Source of the DNA: Desulfobacterales bacterium
GTDB taxonomy: Bacteria; Desulfobacterota; Desulfobacteria; Desulfobacterales; C00003060
Assembly (NCBI GenBank): GCA_023129535.1
Contig: JAGMBW010000040.1
Span: 1 to 51,625, forward strand
DNA length: 51,625 bases
Reading direction: 5' to 3'
Shown here: piece after piece, positions 9,157 through 18,618 of the stretch
Numbering within the stretch: position 1 is the first letter of the stretch
How the letters are laid out: each line of letters starts with the position of its first letter
The notes under the pieces: model-generated
Databases searched by the model: none
What the model saw: only the letters and a program-made list of their open reading frames with translations
Told to the model about the DNA's origin: nothing
Made by a program: the position numbers and the translations under genes

Positions 9157-11808
9157 ATGACTATGTTTAAGAGGTGCTTTTTTTTTGTGTTGATGCTGCT
9201 CTCTTTTCGGGTCAGCGCAATGGCTCAGGAAGGGACTCGTGTCGTTATTGTTCCATTTGAGGTTCACGCACCGGAAAGGCTCGACGATTTGAGGGAGAAT
9301 ATCCAGGATCTTATTGAAAAACAACTAAGAGACCAGGGCATCGTGGTTATGGCGTCTGGCGAACCCCTTGAAGGGGTGGTTAGCATCGAGGAAGTCGGCC
9401 TGAGCCGTCTGCGGACATTGGGACTCAGTCTGGGGGCTGATTTTGTGATATGGGGGACTTTTACAAAGATTGGTCGTCACTTCAGTTTGGATGTCAAGGT
9501 GGTGGAATCTTACGGGGATGCTCCTGCAGAACCCGTGTTTGCGGAAGGTGAGTGCCTTGAAGCCCTGCCCGATTCTGTTCAAAGACTGGCCAGGGACCTT
9601 GGGATCAAGATGCTCAGGCGGGAAAAGGTGGCAGAGGTCATCATCACAGGAAACAAACGGATAGAATCTGAAGCGATCAAGAAAATCCTGAAGACCAGGA
9701 AGGGAGATGTCTATTTAGCAAGACATCTCCGGGATGATATAAAGTCAATCTATAAAATGGGCTATTTTGGTGACGTTCGTGTAGAGGCGTCCAGCACCCC
9801 AAAAGGGAAGGAGGTGAGTTTTCGGGTTACTGAAAACGAAACCATTCGCAACATCAGAATCAAGGGGAACAGAAAGTTCGAGGATAAAAAAATCAAAGAG
9901 GTCATCAGTGTCAGGCCAGGTTCCATCTTGAATATAAAGAAGCTTCAAGGCGACATGAGGCAGATTGAGAATCTTTACAAAGAAAAAGGATATCATCAGG
10001 TCAAGGTGGCCTATGAGACAAACGCTGTGTCAGAAAGTCGCGCTGACCTTGATTTTATCATCAAAGAGGGTGAAAAGGTAATAATCAGGGCCATTCGTTT
10101 CGAAGGGAACAATGCCTTTGAGAGTAAGACATTGAAGAAATTGATGAAGACTGAGGAGAAAGGTTTCTTCTCGTGGCTTACCTCGTCAGGAGATTTAGAT
10201 CGTGAAGTCTTGAGCCAGGACGTGTCTAAGATAGCTGCATACTATCATAATCACGGTTACATTGAGGCAAAAATGGCTGAGCCGGAGCTGACATATGAGG
10301 GAAAATGGATTTATGTGAAGATCAAGATAGATGAAGGGCCTCAGTTCAAGGTTGGCAAGGTAGACATTGAAGGAGATTTGATTGGGCCAAAAAGCGAATT
10401 GCTAAAAGAGATGAAGATTATCAGGGAAAAGGTTTACAATCGTGAACTTATACGAGAAGACATTTTGGTGTTACGAGACATGTACTCAGATGCAGGGCAT
10501 GCCTATTCAGATATTTCTCCACGCATTGACCTGGACCGCGAGAAACTTACGGCTAACGTGACATATCTGATTAACAAAGGGCCGCTGGTTTATTTCGAAA
10601 AGATCATTATAACGGGCAATACCAAAACGCGTGATAAGGTCATACGCAGGGAGCTAATGGTGTATGAGCAGGAATTGTTCAGCGGAAAGCGCTTGAAGCG
10701 TGGTGCACGAAATCTTTACCGTCTCGATTTCTTTGAAGACATCAAGGTAAATACCACAAAGGGCAGCGCTGACGACAAGATGATCCTCAAGGTCGATGTC
10801 ACTGAAAAACTGACAGGCGCCTTTAGCTTTGGCGGCGGATACAGTTCTGTGGACAATGTATTTGTCATGGCTTCGATCTCACAGCGAAACCTGTTTGGGC
10901 GTGGCCAGATCCTGAACTTGAGGGCCCAACTGGGCGGAAGAACCACGCGCTTTACGCTGAGCTTCACTGAGCCATGGCTCTTTGATATTCCCCTGTCGGC
11001 AGGTTTTGATCTCTACAACACGGTCTGGGACTATGACACCTATGACAAGGACAGCATTGGGGGCACCCTTCGGTTTGGGTATCCCGTTCTTGATTACACC
11101 CGGGTATACCTTTCCTATAACTATGACCGGTCTGACATCCAACTTCTTGAGCCTCACGACGCCTCCGAGTGGATCAAGGATATGCAGGGGAAAAACGTTG
11201 GACACACTTTGACTGCCACTATACGCCGTGATTCAAGAGACCGGGTTTTCAACCCTACCGAAGGCTCGGATAACAGCTTTACGATCAAGCATGCAGGAAC
11301 ACCTTTTGGTGGAGATATTGGGTATACCAAGTATATTGTGGATTCTGGATGGTATATTCCCCTTTTCTGGGATACAGTTGGCATGTTACATGGCCGCGGT
11401 GGTTTTATTCACGAAGACACGGTGGGCAAGGTGCCTCTGTGGGAGCGTTTTTACATGGGCGGCCTGGGGTCGATACGGGGTTATGAGTGGCGAGATATCA
11501 GTCCCAGAGATCCTCCGGTGACAGGTGATCAGATAGGGGGAAACAAGATGGTGCAATTTAATGTGGAGTTCATATTTCCCCTTGTAAAAAAGGCGGGTTT
11601 GATAGGACTCCTTTTCTACGATACAGGAAACGTCTATGACAGTGGAGAAAATATCAATGTCGGTGACTTCAGAAAGAGCATAGGGTATGGTATTCGATGG
11701 TATTCGCCCATAGGACCCATTCGTTTGGAATATGGCTACATTCTGGATGATAAAGAGGGGCGGAAAGGCGAAGGGGGCTGGGAGTTCACTATGGGGGCGG
11801 CATTTTAG
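9157..11808 (+). CDS. bamA: Outer membrane protein assembly factor BamA with an extra N-terminal domain
   Basis: Signal peptide, POTRA repeats (GNKRIE, GNTKTRDKVIRRE), SIRGY, WYSPIGP and terminal Phe; the ORF-track start at 9022 is repeat-derived, real ATG at 9157 or 9163. Confidence 0.93.
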   Translation: MTMFKRCFFFVLMLLSFRVSAMAQEGTRVVIVPFEVHAPERLDDLRENIQDLIEKQLRDQGIVVMASGEPLEGVVSIEEVGLSRLRTLGLSLGADFVIWGTFTKIGRHFSLDVKVVESYGDAPAEPVFAEGECLEALPDSVQRLARDLGIKMLRREKVAEVIITGNKRIESEAIKKILKTRKGDVYLARHLRDDIKSIYKMGYFGDVRVEASSTPKGKEVSFRVTENETIRNIRIKGNRKFEDKKIKEVISVRPGSILNIKKLQGDMRQIENLYKEKGYHQVKVAYETNAVSESRADLDFIIKEGEKVIIRAIRFEGNNAFESKTLKKLMKTEEKGFFSWLTSSGDLDREVLSQDVSKIAAYYHNHGYIEAKMAEPELTYEGKWIYVKIKIDEGPQFKVGKVDIEGDLIGPKSELLKEMKIIREKVYNRELIREDILVLRDMYSDAGHAYSDISPRIDLDREKLTANVTYLINKGPLVYFEKIIITGNTKTRDKVIRRELMVYEQELFSGKRLKRGARNLYRLDFFEDIKVNTTKGSADDKMILKVDVTEKLTGAFSFGGGYSSVDNVFVMASISQRNLFGRGQILNLRAQLGGRTTRFTLSFTEPWLFDIPLSAGFDLYNTVWDYDTYDKDSIGGTLRFGYPVLDYTRVYLSYNYDRSDIQLLEPHDASEWIKDMQGKNVGHTLTATIRRDSRDRVFNPTEGSDNSFTIKHAGTPFGGDIGYTKYIVDSGWYIPLFWDTVGMLHGRGGFIHEDTVGKVPLWERFYMGGLGSIRGYEWRDISPRDPPVTGDQIGGNKMVQFNVEFIFPLVKKAGLIGLLFYDTGNVYDSGENINVGDFRKSIGYGIRWYSPIGPIRLEYGYILDDKEGRKGEGGWEFTMGAAF

Positions 11809-11990
11809 TCATTAGTCATTAGTCATTGGTCATTGGTCATTGGTCATTGGTCAGTGGGGAGTCGGGAGTATGCAGTATGCAGTAACCTTCGATTTCGGAT
11901 TTCGGATTTAAAAGAAGCTGAAATCAATAACCAGTATCAAGTATCCAGCAACCAGCAACAAATGACAAATGACTAATGACAAATGACCAA
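11805..11990. repeat. Composite array: TTRGTCA x7, GGGAGTN/TGCAGTA, TTCGGAT, CCAGYAN, AATGACN
   Basis: Read directly; the outer arms are reverse complements and the bamA TAG is in the first unit. Confidence 0.93.
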
Positions 11991-12005
11991 GAGAGGAGGT
12001 TCTTC

Positions 12006-12575
12006 ATGAATATGCGCAACTTATTTTTAACGTTAACCCTTTGTTTGTTTGGTCTTAGCGGAATCGTTCATGGGGCGGAGGTGGCAAAGATAGGGATCAT
12101 CGACTTTCAGGAAATCTTCAACAAATCGAATCCTGGCAAGCGGTTAATAGATGAGATCAAGAGCCGGGGAAAAAAGATGGAACAGACTCTCAAGGAAAAG
12201 GGGGCTGAGATTGAAGAGCTAAGGAAGACGCTGGATCAAAAGGCCCTGGTCATCAGTAATGAGGCACGTGAGGCAAAGGAACAGGACCTACGTGCCAAGT
12301 TTAGAGACTTCAAGTCTCTCCAGGAGCGCTATCAAGATATTCTGAGAGAGCTCGAGATTAATAGTGTTAAGCAAGTCAGAAAAGATGTCATTGAGATCGT
12401 TGAAGCCATAGGGAAGCGGGAGGGCTACTCACTGATTGTTGATCGCCGTGTAGGGGGCGTGGTTTACGCACCCAACGCCATTGACATCACCGATAAGGTC
12501 ATAGAAACATATAATACCATGGATGCAAAGCGTGGCAAGAAAGAAGCATCGGCGGAGCCAAAGAAAAAGGAATAG
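12006..12575 (+). CDS. skp: OmpH/Skp periplasmic chaperone
   Basis: GAGGAGG RBS before ATG 12006, signal peptide, KIGIID and DITDKVI motifs; follows bamA. Confidence 0.9.
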   Translation: MNMRNLFLTLTLCLFGLSGIVHGAEVAKIGIIDFQEIFNKSNPGKRLIDEIKSRGKKMEQTLKEKGAEIEELRKTLDQKALVISNEAREAKEQDLRAKFRDFKSLQERYQDILRELEINSVKQVRKDVIEIVEAIGKREGYSLIVDRRVGGVVYAPNAIDITDKVIETYNTMDAKRGKKEASAEPKKKE

Positions 12576-12606
12576 GTGGTTAATCGCAAAGCGTGAAAAA
12601 ATTTAC

Positions 12607-12818
12607 CACGAAAACACGAAATAGGGAAAGCACGAAAGTAACATCTCAATCCATTTACCCCAAGTTATTGAGAAGATACGCACGAAAGACCTAACGACCT
12701 AAAGATAAAGCCCTTTTTCGTGCTTTCGTACTTTGCGGCGTTCGCCTTGAGAACAGTACGTGCTTTCGTGATTGGAGTTTAGTGAACGAATAACGAATAA
12801 CGAATAACGAATAACGAA
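12607..12818. repeat. Inverted element CACGAAAN (12607-12688) / NTTTCGTG (12716-12770) followed by an AATAACG array (12785-12818)
   Basis: Read directly; same family as 46793-47293. Confidence 0.92.
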
Positions 12819-12820
12819 AA

Positions 12821-13843
12821 ATGGAACTGCCTGTACATAAGATTGCCGAACTGGTCAGGGGTGAGGTTGTGGGTGATGGTGACTTCATCATTAGAGGTAT
12901 TGCTCCCTTTGATCATGCAGGCCCGGATGATATCACCTTTGCTGCAACTGTCAGCTACAAAAAGCGCCTTGATGAGACTGGGGCGGTTGCTGTGATTGTT
13001 TCATCTGAGGTTCGCAAATCTAATAAGATTCTTGTGCGCGTTGAGAATCCCTATTTGGCGTTAGCCAGGGTGTCTACCTTGTTCCATCCGGTTTGCCGCC
13101 CGGTGGTTGGGATCAGTCCGGATGCCCATGTAGGGAAGAATTTCAAATGCGGTATTGATGTTTCTGCATACCCAGGTGTGTTCATTGGAGACGATGTGAC
13201 CTTGGGTGACCGCGTGACCCTGCATCCAGGGGTGGTGATTGATAATCGTGTGGTGGTGGGTGATGATGTCGTAGTATATCCCAATGTATGCATTTTGGAA
13301 CGTTGTGAAATAGGGAGCAGAGTGTTCATCCAGGCAGGTTCTGTGATCGGGAGCGACGGTTTTGGATTTGCTTCCGATGGAGACTGCTATCATAAAATTC
13401 CGCAAAGGGGCATCGTGCGGATCGATGATGACGTAGAGATCGGCGCTTGCAATACGATCGACAGGGCAACCTTCGGGAGCACTTGGATCAAACGGGGCGT
13501 CAAGACAGATAATTTAGTACACATTGCTCACAATGTGGTGGTGGGTGAAGACACTGTGCTGGTTGCACAGGTAGGAATTTCGGGGAGTGTAACGATTGGA
13601 AACCATTCGATCCTTGCTGGCCAGGCCGGGGTAGCACAACATGTCACCATTGGTAACCGTGTAACTGTCGGAGGGCAATCCGGGGTTGGCAAGTCTGTAC
13701 CCGACGGCCAGATTGTCTCCGGGACTCCGGGAATGCCCCACCGACTCTGGTTGAAGGTTTCCAACATCATCCGCAAACTACCGGAGATGAAAAAAGGGAT
13801 AAGAGAATTGGAGAAACGTATCGAGAGACTGGAGAGGTCATAG
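12821..13843 (+). CDS. lpxD: UDP-3-O-acyl-glucosamine N-acyltransferase
   Basis: Hexapeptide repeats, IGSDGFGF, TIDRA and DNLVHIAHNV. Confidence 0.95.
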   Translation: MELPVHKIAELVRGEVVGDGDFIIRGIAPFDHAGPDDITFAATVSYKKRLDETGAVAVIVSSEVRKSNKILVRVENPYLALARVSTLFHPVCRPVVGISPDAHVGKNFKCGIDVSAYPGVFIGDDVTLGDRVTLHPGVVIDNRVVVGDDVVVYPNVCILERCEIGSRVFIQAGSVIGSDGFGFASDGDCYHKIPQRGIVRIDDDVEIGACNTIDRATFGSTWIKRGVKTDNLVHIAHNVVVGEDTVLVAQVGISGSVTIGNHSILAGQAGVAQHVTIGNRVTVGGQSGVGKSVPDGQIVSGTPGMPHRLWLKVSNIIRKLPEMKKGIRELEKRIERLERS

Positions 13844-13859
13844 GCACTTTAGCTCACTT
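13841..13859. repeat. Two-unit orphan CACTTTAG arm overlapping the lpxD stop
   Basis: taggcactttagctcactt, same family as 16273-16380, 23693-23735 and 27487-27541. Confidence 0.7.
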
Positions 13860-13875
13860 CTTAAAGGAATGAGAC

Positions 13876-14322
13876 ATGGAAACGGTTTATGACATTCGAA
13901 AGATCATGGAACTCTTGCCCCATCGGTATCCGTTTATTCTGGTCGATCGGATTATAGAAGTGGTTCCCGATGAACGTATTGTTGGCCTGAAGAACGTGAC
14001 TATTAACGAGCCCTTTTTCCAGGGCCATTTTCCAGGGACACCCGTTATGCCAGGGGTATTCATTGTTGAGGCCATGGCCCAGGCGGGAGGGATTCTTGTT
14101 TATGCTTCTCGTTCCGAGGAGGAGAGGAAAGGACTGATGTATTTTATGGGCATCGATAAGGCCCGTTTCAGAAAACCAGTGGTTCCAGGAGACCAGCTCG
14201 TCCTTGAGGTAATCTGGACTAAGAGGCGCGGCAATGTTTCCAAAATGTTTGGCAAGGCTACTGTGGATGAAACCCTGGTTGCAGAGGCTGAGATCCTGGC
14301 CATGACAGGACAAGAACCATGA
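13876..14322 (+). CDS. fabZ: 3-hydroxyacyl-ACP dehydratase
   Basis: LPHRYPF, FFQGHFP...MPGV..EAMAQ and RKPVVPGD. Confidence 0.96.
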   Translation: METVYDIRKIMELLPHRYPFILVDRIIEVVPDERIVGLKNVTINEPFFQGHFPGTPVMPGVFIVEAMAQAGGILVYASRSEEERKGLMYFMGIDKARFRKPVVPGDQLVLEVIWTKRRGNVSKMFGKATVDETLVAEAEILAMTGQEP

Positions 14323-15092
14323 TACATCCCAGTGCGGTGCTTGATTCCAGGGCCGAGATAGATTCCAATGTTGAGATTGGACCGTATTCGGTGATAGCCC
14401 GCGATGTTCAAATACATAGCGGTACGATCATCGGTTCTCATGTAACAATTGATCAATATACGAGCATTGGACCCGATTGTCACATATTTCAACACGCAGC
14501 CATAGGTGCTGTACCTCAGGCCCTGAAATTTAAGGGAGAGAAGACGCTTGTCAAGATCGGGCGGGGAACTACAGTGCGAGAATTTGTGACAATTCACAGG
14601 GGAACCGAGTTCGGCGGAGGAATCACCGAAATCGGCGACGAGAATTTTTTGATGGCGTACACCCATATTGCCCATGACTGCTTCACCGGGCAAAAGGTCA
14701 TCTTTGCCAATGTTGCCAGCCTTGGCGGCCATATCAAGGTGGGAGATTATGCTACTCTGGGTGCCTTTGTGGCTGTCCACCAATTTGTGCGGATTGGAGC
14801 CTATGCCTTTGTGGGTGCCCTGAGTGGTGTGACAAAGGATATCCCGCCGTACATGCTGGCATCGGGCACTCCTCGCGCCAAACTCCACGGATTGAATAGC
14901 GTAGGCTTGAAGCGGCATGGCTTTTCAACAGACACCCTGCTCGCCCTGAAGAAGACCTACCGAATCCTATTTCGACTGGGATTGACCTTGAACGAAGCGA
15001 TCGAAAGGGTCACTGCGGAGGTCGATCAGGTCCCCGAGGTTGTTAATTTTATAGATTTTGTCAACTCTTCTGAGCGAGGGATAACAAGGTAG
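14319..15092 (+). CDS. lpxA: Acyl-ACP--UDP-GlcNAc acyltransferase
   Basis: IHPSA, hexapeptide repeats, [20 protein letters not shown] and GLNSVGLKR. Confidence 0.96.
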   Translation: MIHPSAVLDSRAEIDSNVEIGPYSVIARDVQIHSGTIIGSHVTIDQYTSIGPDCHIFQHAAIGAVPQALKFKGEKTLVKIGRGTTVREFVTIHRGTEFGGGITEIGDENFLMAYTHIAHDCFTGQKVIFANVASLGGHIKVGDYATLGAFVAVHQFVRIGAYAFVGALSGVTKDIPPYMLASGTPRAKLHGLNSVGLKRHGFSTDTLLALKKTYRILFRLGLTLNEAIERVTAEVDQVPEVVNFIDFVNSSERGITR

Positions 15093-15093
15093 A

Positions 15094-15297
15094 ATTTATC
15101 ATTTATCATTTATCATCTATCACTGGTTATTAGTGTCAATAGCCGATACCTGATACCCGATATTTTCTGCTCATATCCGGCATCAGGCATCTGGCATCAG
15201 TCGACTGGAAGTAAACCAATGACCAATGACCAACGACTAATAATAAATGATAAATGACCAATGATAAATGACCAATGACCAATGACCAATGACTAAC
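15094..15297. repeat. Nested inverted arrays: outer ATTTATC / AATGAYN, inner CYGATAC / ATCNGGC
   Basis: Read directly; the lpxI ATG lies in the last outer unit. Confidence 0.95.
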
Positions 15298-16101
15298 CAA
15301 AAGATTGGACTCATCGCGGGGAGCGGACAGTTCCCCGGCATTTTTGCAGAGACGGCCGGCAAAAAAGGGTTAAAGGTTTATGCAATAGCCCATGTGGATG
15401 AAACCGACACCCGACTGGAAACCCTCGTGGAGGCGATAAGGTGGGTGAAGATCGGTCAATTGAAACAAATTATCGCATTTTTCAAAGAAAATGGGGTCAG
15501 GGATGCAGCAATGGCTGGGGCCATTACCAAGACAAAGATGTTTTCAAAGGTGAGGCCAGATTTGAAGGCCCTGAAGGTCCTCTCTACTGTGGATCACACG
15601 CAGGATGACGGGCTCCTGCGGGCCTTTGCCAGCGAGATGGAAAAAGAGGGAATAACCATTTGCGCTTCTACTTTCTTGCTTCCCGAACTCCTGGCAAAAA
15701 AGGGATGCTTGACACGGCGGAAGCCGACAAAGGCCGAGATGGCCGATGTGCGTTTCGGGTGGGGTATCGTAAAAGAGATTGGAAGGTTAGATATCGGGCA
15801 GTGTGTGGTGGTTCGGGGCGGTTCTGTGATGGCGGTAGAAGCAATAGACGGCACTGATGCGACGATAAGACGAGGAGGAAAACTCGGAAAGGGAAAAGCG
15901 GTGGTGGTAAAAGCCAGCAAACCCAATCAGGATATGCGATTTGATGTGCCTGCCGTCGGGCTCAGGACCATTCGAGTTATGCGCGATGTTCGAGCTTCGG
16001 TTTTGGCGGTTGAAGCCGGCAAAACAGTGGTCTTTGACAGGCAAGAAATGGTTGCACTGGCCGATCAAAGCGGAATTGCGATTATAGGTGTAGAGCAGTG
16101 A
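15289..16101 (+). CDS. lpxI: UDP-2,3-diacylglucosamine diphosphatase LpxI
   Basis: IGLIAGSGQFP, DIGQ, AVEAIDGTD and KPNQDMRFDVP. Confidence 0.92.
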   Translation: MTNQKIGLIAGSGQFPGIFAETAGKKGLKVYAIAHVDETDTRLETLVEAIRWVKIGQLKQIIAFFKENGVRDAAMAGAITKTKMFSKVRPDLKALKVLSTVDHTQDDGLLRAFASEMEKEGITICASTFLLPELLAKKGCLTRRKPTKAEMADVRFGWGIVKEIGRLDIGQCVVVRGGSVMAVEAIDGTDATIRRGGKLGKGKAVVVKASKPNQDMRFDVPAVGLRTIRVMRDVRASVLAVEAGKTVVFDRQEMVALADQSGIAIIGVEQ

Positions 16102-16380
16102 GCTAAAGTGCCTAAAGTGAGCTAAAGTGAGCTAAAGTTAAGGAGTTTAAGAAACTTTTTTGAAAATTGGTCTTATTCTATTAGCCACTGGTTACATTAG
16201 ATTGGTTGAATTGGTTTCTAATCAATCGAACCAACGGAACCAATAAAACCAAATAAACGGCATTTCATTTTTTTAACTTTAGGCACTTTAGGTCACCCTG
16301 GCCCAGACCTGGATTAACAGCATTATACCTTACAAGAAGCTGAAGCGCCAGGGCGGGCTTTAGCTCACTTTAGGCACTTA
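16098..16380. repeat. Nested inverted arrays: outer CTAAAGTG 9/10-mer / CACTTTAG, inner 9-mer TTGGTT / AACCAA, with a 62-bp insert in the right arm
   Basis: Read directly; the lpxI TGA is in the first unit. Confidence 0.93.
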
Positions 16381-16395
16381 GAATGTGAGTAAACC

Positions 16396-17373
16396 ATGGA
16401 ACCGATACGTGTAGGAGTCATAGGAGTTGGATATCTGGGGAAGTTTCACGCCGAGAAATATGCGCGGATGGATGGGGTGGAGCTTGCGGGTGTGGTGGAC
16501 ATCATTCCCGAAAGGGCGAAAGGTATTGCAAAACGGCATGGCACAGCACCTTACACAGATTACAGAGATCTCATGGGTCAGGTGGATGCAGTAAGCGTGG
16601 CGGTACCTACCCCCCTTCATTTTCCCATCAGCAGGGATTTCCTGGAAAATGATGTGGATGTCTTGATCGAGAAACCGATGACAGAGACACTTGAAGAGGC
16701 AGATGCTCTCATAAAGATTGCAGATTCCGGCGGACCAATCATCCAGGTGGGGCATTTGGAGCGATTCAATCCTGCGGTGATAGCCCTCACGGAAGTAGTG
16801 ACCTATCCACTGTTCATAGAGTCTCACCGTTTGCATATTTTTAGGGAACGGGGAACGGAAGTGGATGTGGTTTTAGATTTAATGATTCATGACCTTGACA
16901 TCATACTAAACTTTGTGAAGTCCGAGGTTAAGAGCGTTCACGCTGCTGGTGTTCCGGTGGTATCCTCTCGTGTGGATATTGCCAATGCTCGGTTGGTCTT
17001 TAAAAATGGCTGTGTCGCCAATATAACCGCCAGTCGTATTTCGCTGAAAGATATGCGAAAGATACGTATCTTCCAGAAAGATACCTATGTTTCAGTCGAT
17101 TATGCGAATCATGAGATTACGATTATACGAAAAAACGGGAAGGGAATCGAGCTTCCTATCCCTGGCATGTCTTTGCAACGATCAAGTTTCGAGAAAGCGA
17201 ATTCCCTGGAATCTGAGCTGGAGGCATTTGTCCAGTCGGTAAGAAATCGTGAGGCGCCACTGGTATCGGGGAGGGACGGGCGGAATGCCCTGCGGGTTGC
17301 CCTTGACATCATGCAGCAGATCGAGGCAACCAACAAGAAATTTCAGGGAAGTAAGGGATTTAGGGATTATTGA
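16396..17373 (+). CDS. Gfo/Idh/MocA oxidoreductase, GnnA-like
   Basis: GVGYLG, EKP, VGHLERFNP and DLMIHDLD; located between lpxI and lpxB. Confidence 0.8.
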   Translation: MEPIRVGVIGVGYLGKFHAEKYARMDGVELAGVVDIIPERAKGIAKRHGTAPYTDYRDLMGQVDAVSVAVPTPLHFPISRDFLENDVDVLIEKPMTETLEEADALIKIADSGGPIIQVGHLERFNPAVIALTEVVTYPLFIESHRLHIFRERGTEVDVVLDLMIHDLDIILNFVKSEVKSVHAAGVPVVSSRVDIANARLVFKNGCVANITASRISLKDMRKIRIFQKDTYVSVDYANHEITIIRKNGKGIELPIPGMSLQRSSFEKANSLESELEAFVQSVRNREAPLVSGRDGRNALRVALDIMQQIEATNKKFQGSKGFRDY

Positions 17374-18536
17374 GGGATCAACCTATCAACGGAAAAGCTC
17401 TGGATAGAAAACGAAAAATCATGATCATCGCCGGAGAGGCCTCTGGTGACCTTCACGGGGCAAACCTGGTGAGAGCCATGCGGTCGCTCAACCCGGACCT
17501 TAGTTTCTTTGGCATAGGTGGCAATGCGCTTGGAGAAGCTGGAGTTCAGATAAAGGTTGATAATTCAAAAATAGCTGTTGTCGGACTTTCGGAGGCCCTT
17601 TCAAAGCTTAAAATCCTTCTCAGTGCCCTTCGGATTGCCAAGGAAAACCTGAAAAGAATCCGCCCCGATCTACTTATTGTCATCGATTTCCCGGACTTTA
17701 ATCTGCGCGTCGCCACGGTGGCTAAGAAACTGGGTATCCCGGTCATGTACTACATTAGTCCTCAGATATGGGCATGGCGTACCGGGAGGGTGAAGAAGAT
17801 AAAGAAGGTGGTCGATCATATGGTGGTTATCTTCCCCTTCGAGGTGGATTTTTATAAGAAGCGGAACGTACCGGTCACCTTTGTGGGGCACCCCTTACTG
17901 GACAGCATGCGACCCAGGGGAACTCATGAGAAAGCTGAGGACCTGAGGGGCAATGGTTTTCTCGTAGGCCTTCTGCCTGGTAGTCGGAACGAGGAGGTCA
18001 CACGCCTTCTTCCCACGATGGTAAAGACGGCAGCGATTCTCTCGGAACGGATTCCAGGTATCCGCTTTGCCATACCTGCGGCCTCTTCAGTGGACAGGAC
18101 CCTGGTAGAGACAATCGCACAGGAAGGAGCCGCAAAGTTTTTGGTTCTGTCAGACAGGCTTCGAGACATATTGGATGAGGCCACACTGCTCATAACAGCT
18201 TCGGGGACCGTTACCCTGGAGGCAGCCATAGCGGGTACGCCGATGATCATTGTGTACAAGGTGTCGGGTCTCAGTTACTGGGTTGGAAAGCGTTTGATTC
18301 GGGTAAAACATATTGGTCTGGCCAACCTGGTAGCCGGAAGATCGATTGTGCCAGAGCTGATTCAGCACGAAGTCTCAGCAGAAAAGATTGCCCATCAGGC
18401 ATTACGGATACTTAGAGACGAAAACAAGCTTGCTGAGATGCGGCACGAGCTGCGTCGTGTTGCACAGAGCCTGGGCCCTGCAGGAGCCTCGAAGCGGGCT
18501 GCTGAGGTGGCGATGAGGTTGCTTTCGAGGCAATGA
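17370..18536 (+). CDS. lpxB: Lipid-A-disaccharide synthase
   Basis: AGEASGDLHG, IDFPDFN, PQIWAWR, FVGHPL, LPGSR and SGTVTLE. Confidence 0.96.
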   Translation: MRDQPINGKALDRKRKIMIIAGEASGDLHGANLVRAMRSLNPDLSFFGIGGNALGEAGVQIKVDNSKIAVVGLSEALSKLKILLSALRIAKENLKRIRPDLLIVIDFPDFNLRVATVAKKLGIPVMYYISPQIWAWRTGRVKKIKKVVDHMVVIFPFEVDFYKKRNVPVTFVGHPLLDSMRPRGTHEKAEDLRGNGFLVGLLPGSRNEEVTRLLPTMVKTAAILSERIPGIRFAIPAASSVDRTLVETIAQEGAAKFLVLSDRLRDILDEATLLITASGTVTLEAAIAGTPMIIVYKVSGLSYWVGKRLIRVKHIGLANLVAGRSIVPELIQHEVSAEKIAHQALRILRDENKLAEMRHELRRVAQSLGPAGASKRAAEVAMRLLSRQ

Positions 18537-18618
18537 ATTGAATATTGAATATTGATAATTGATAATTGAAAGGCAATGAGGAATCAATCTTCAATGGTCA
18601 ATAGACAATCGTCAATCG
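18537..18618. repeat. Inverted element ATTGANN (18537-18570) / NNTCAAT (18584-18618)
   Basis: Read directly; the right arm lies inside the 5' end of the next ORF. Confidence 0.9.
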
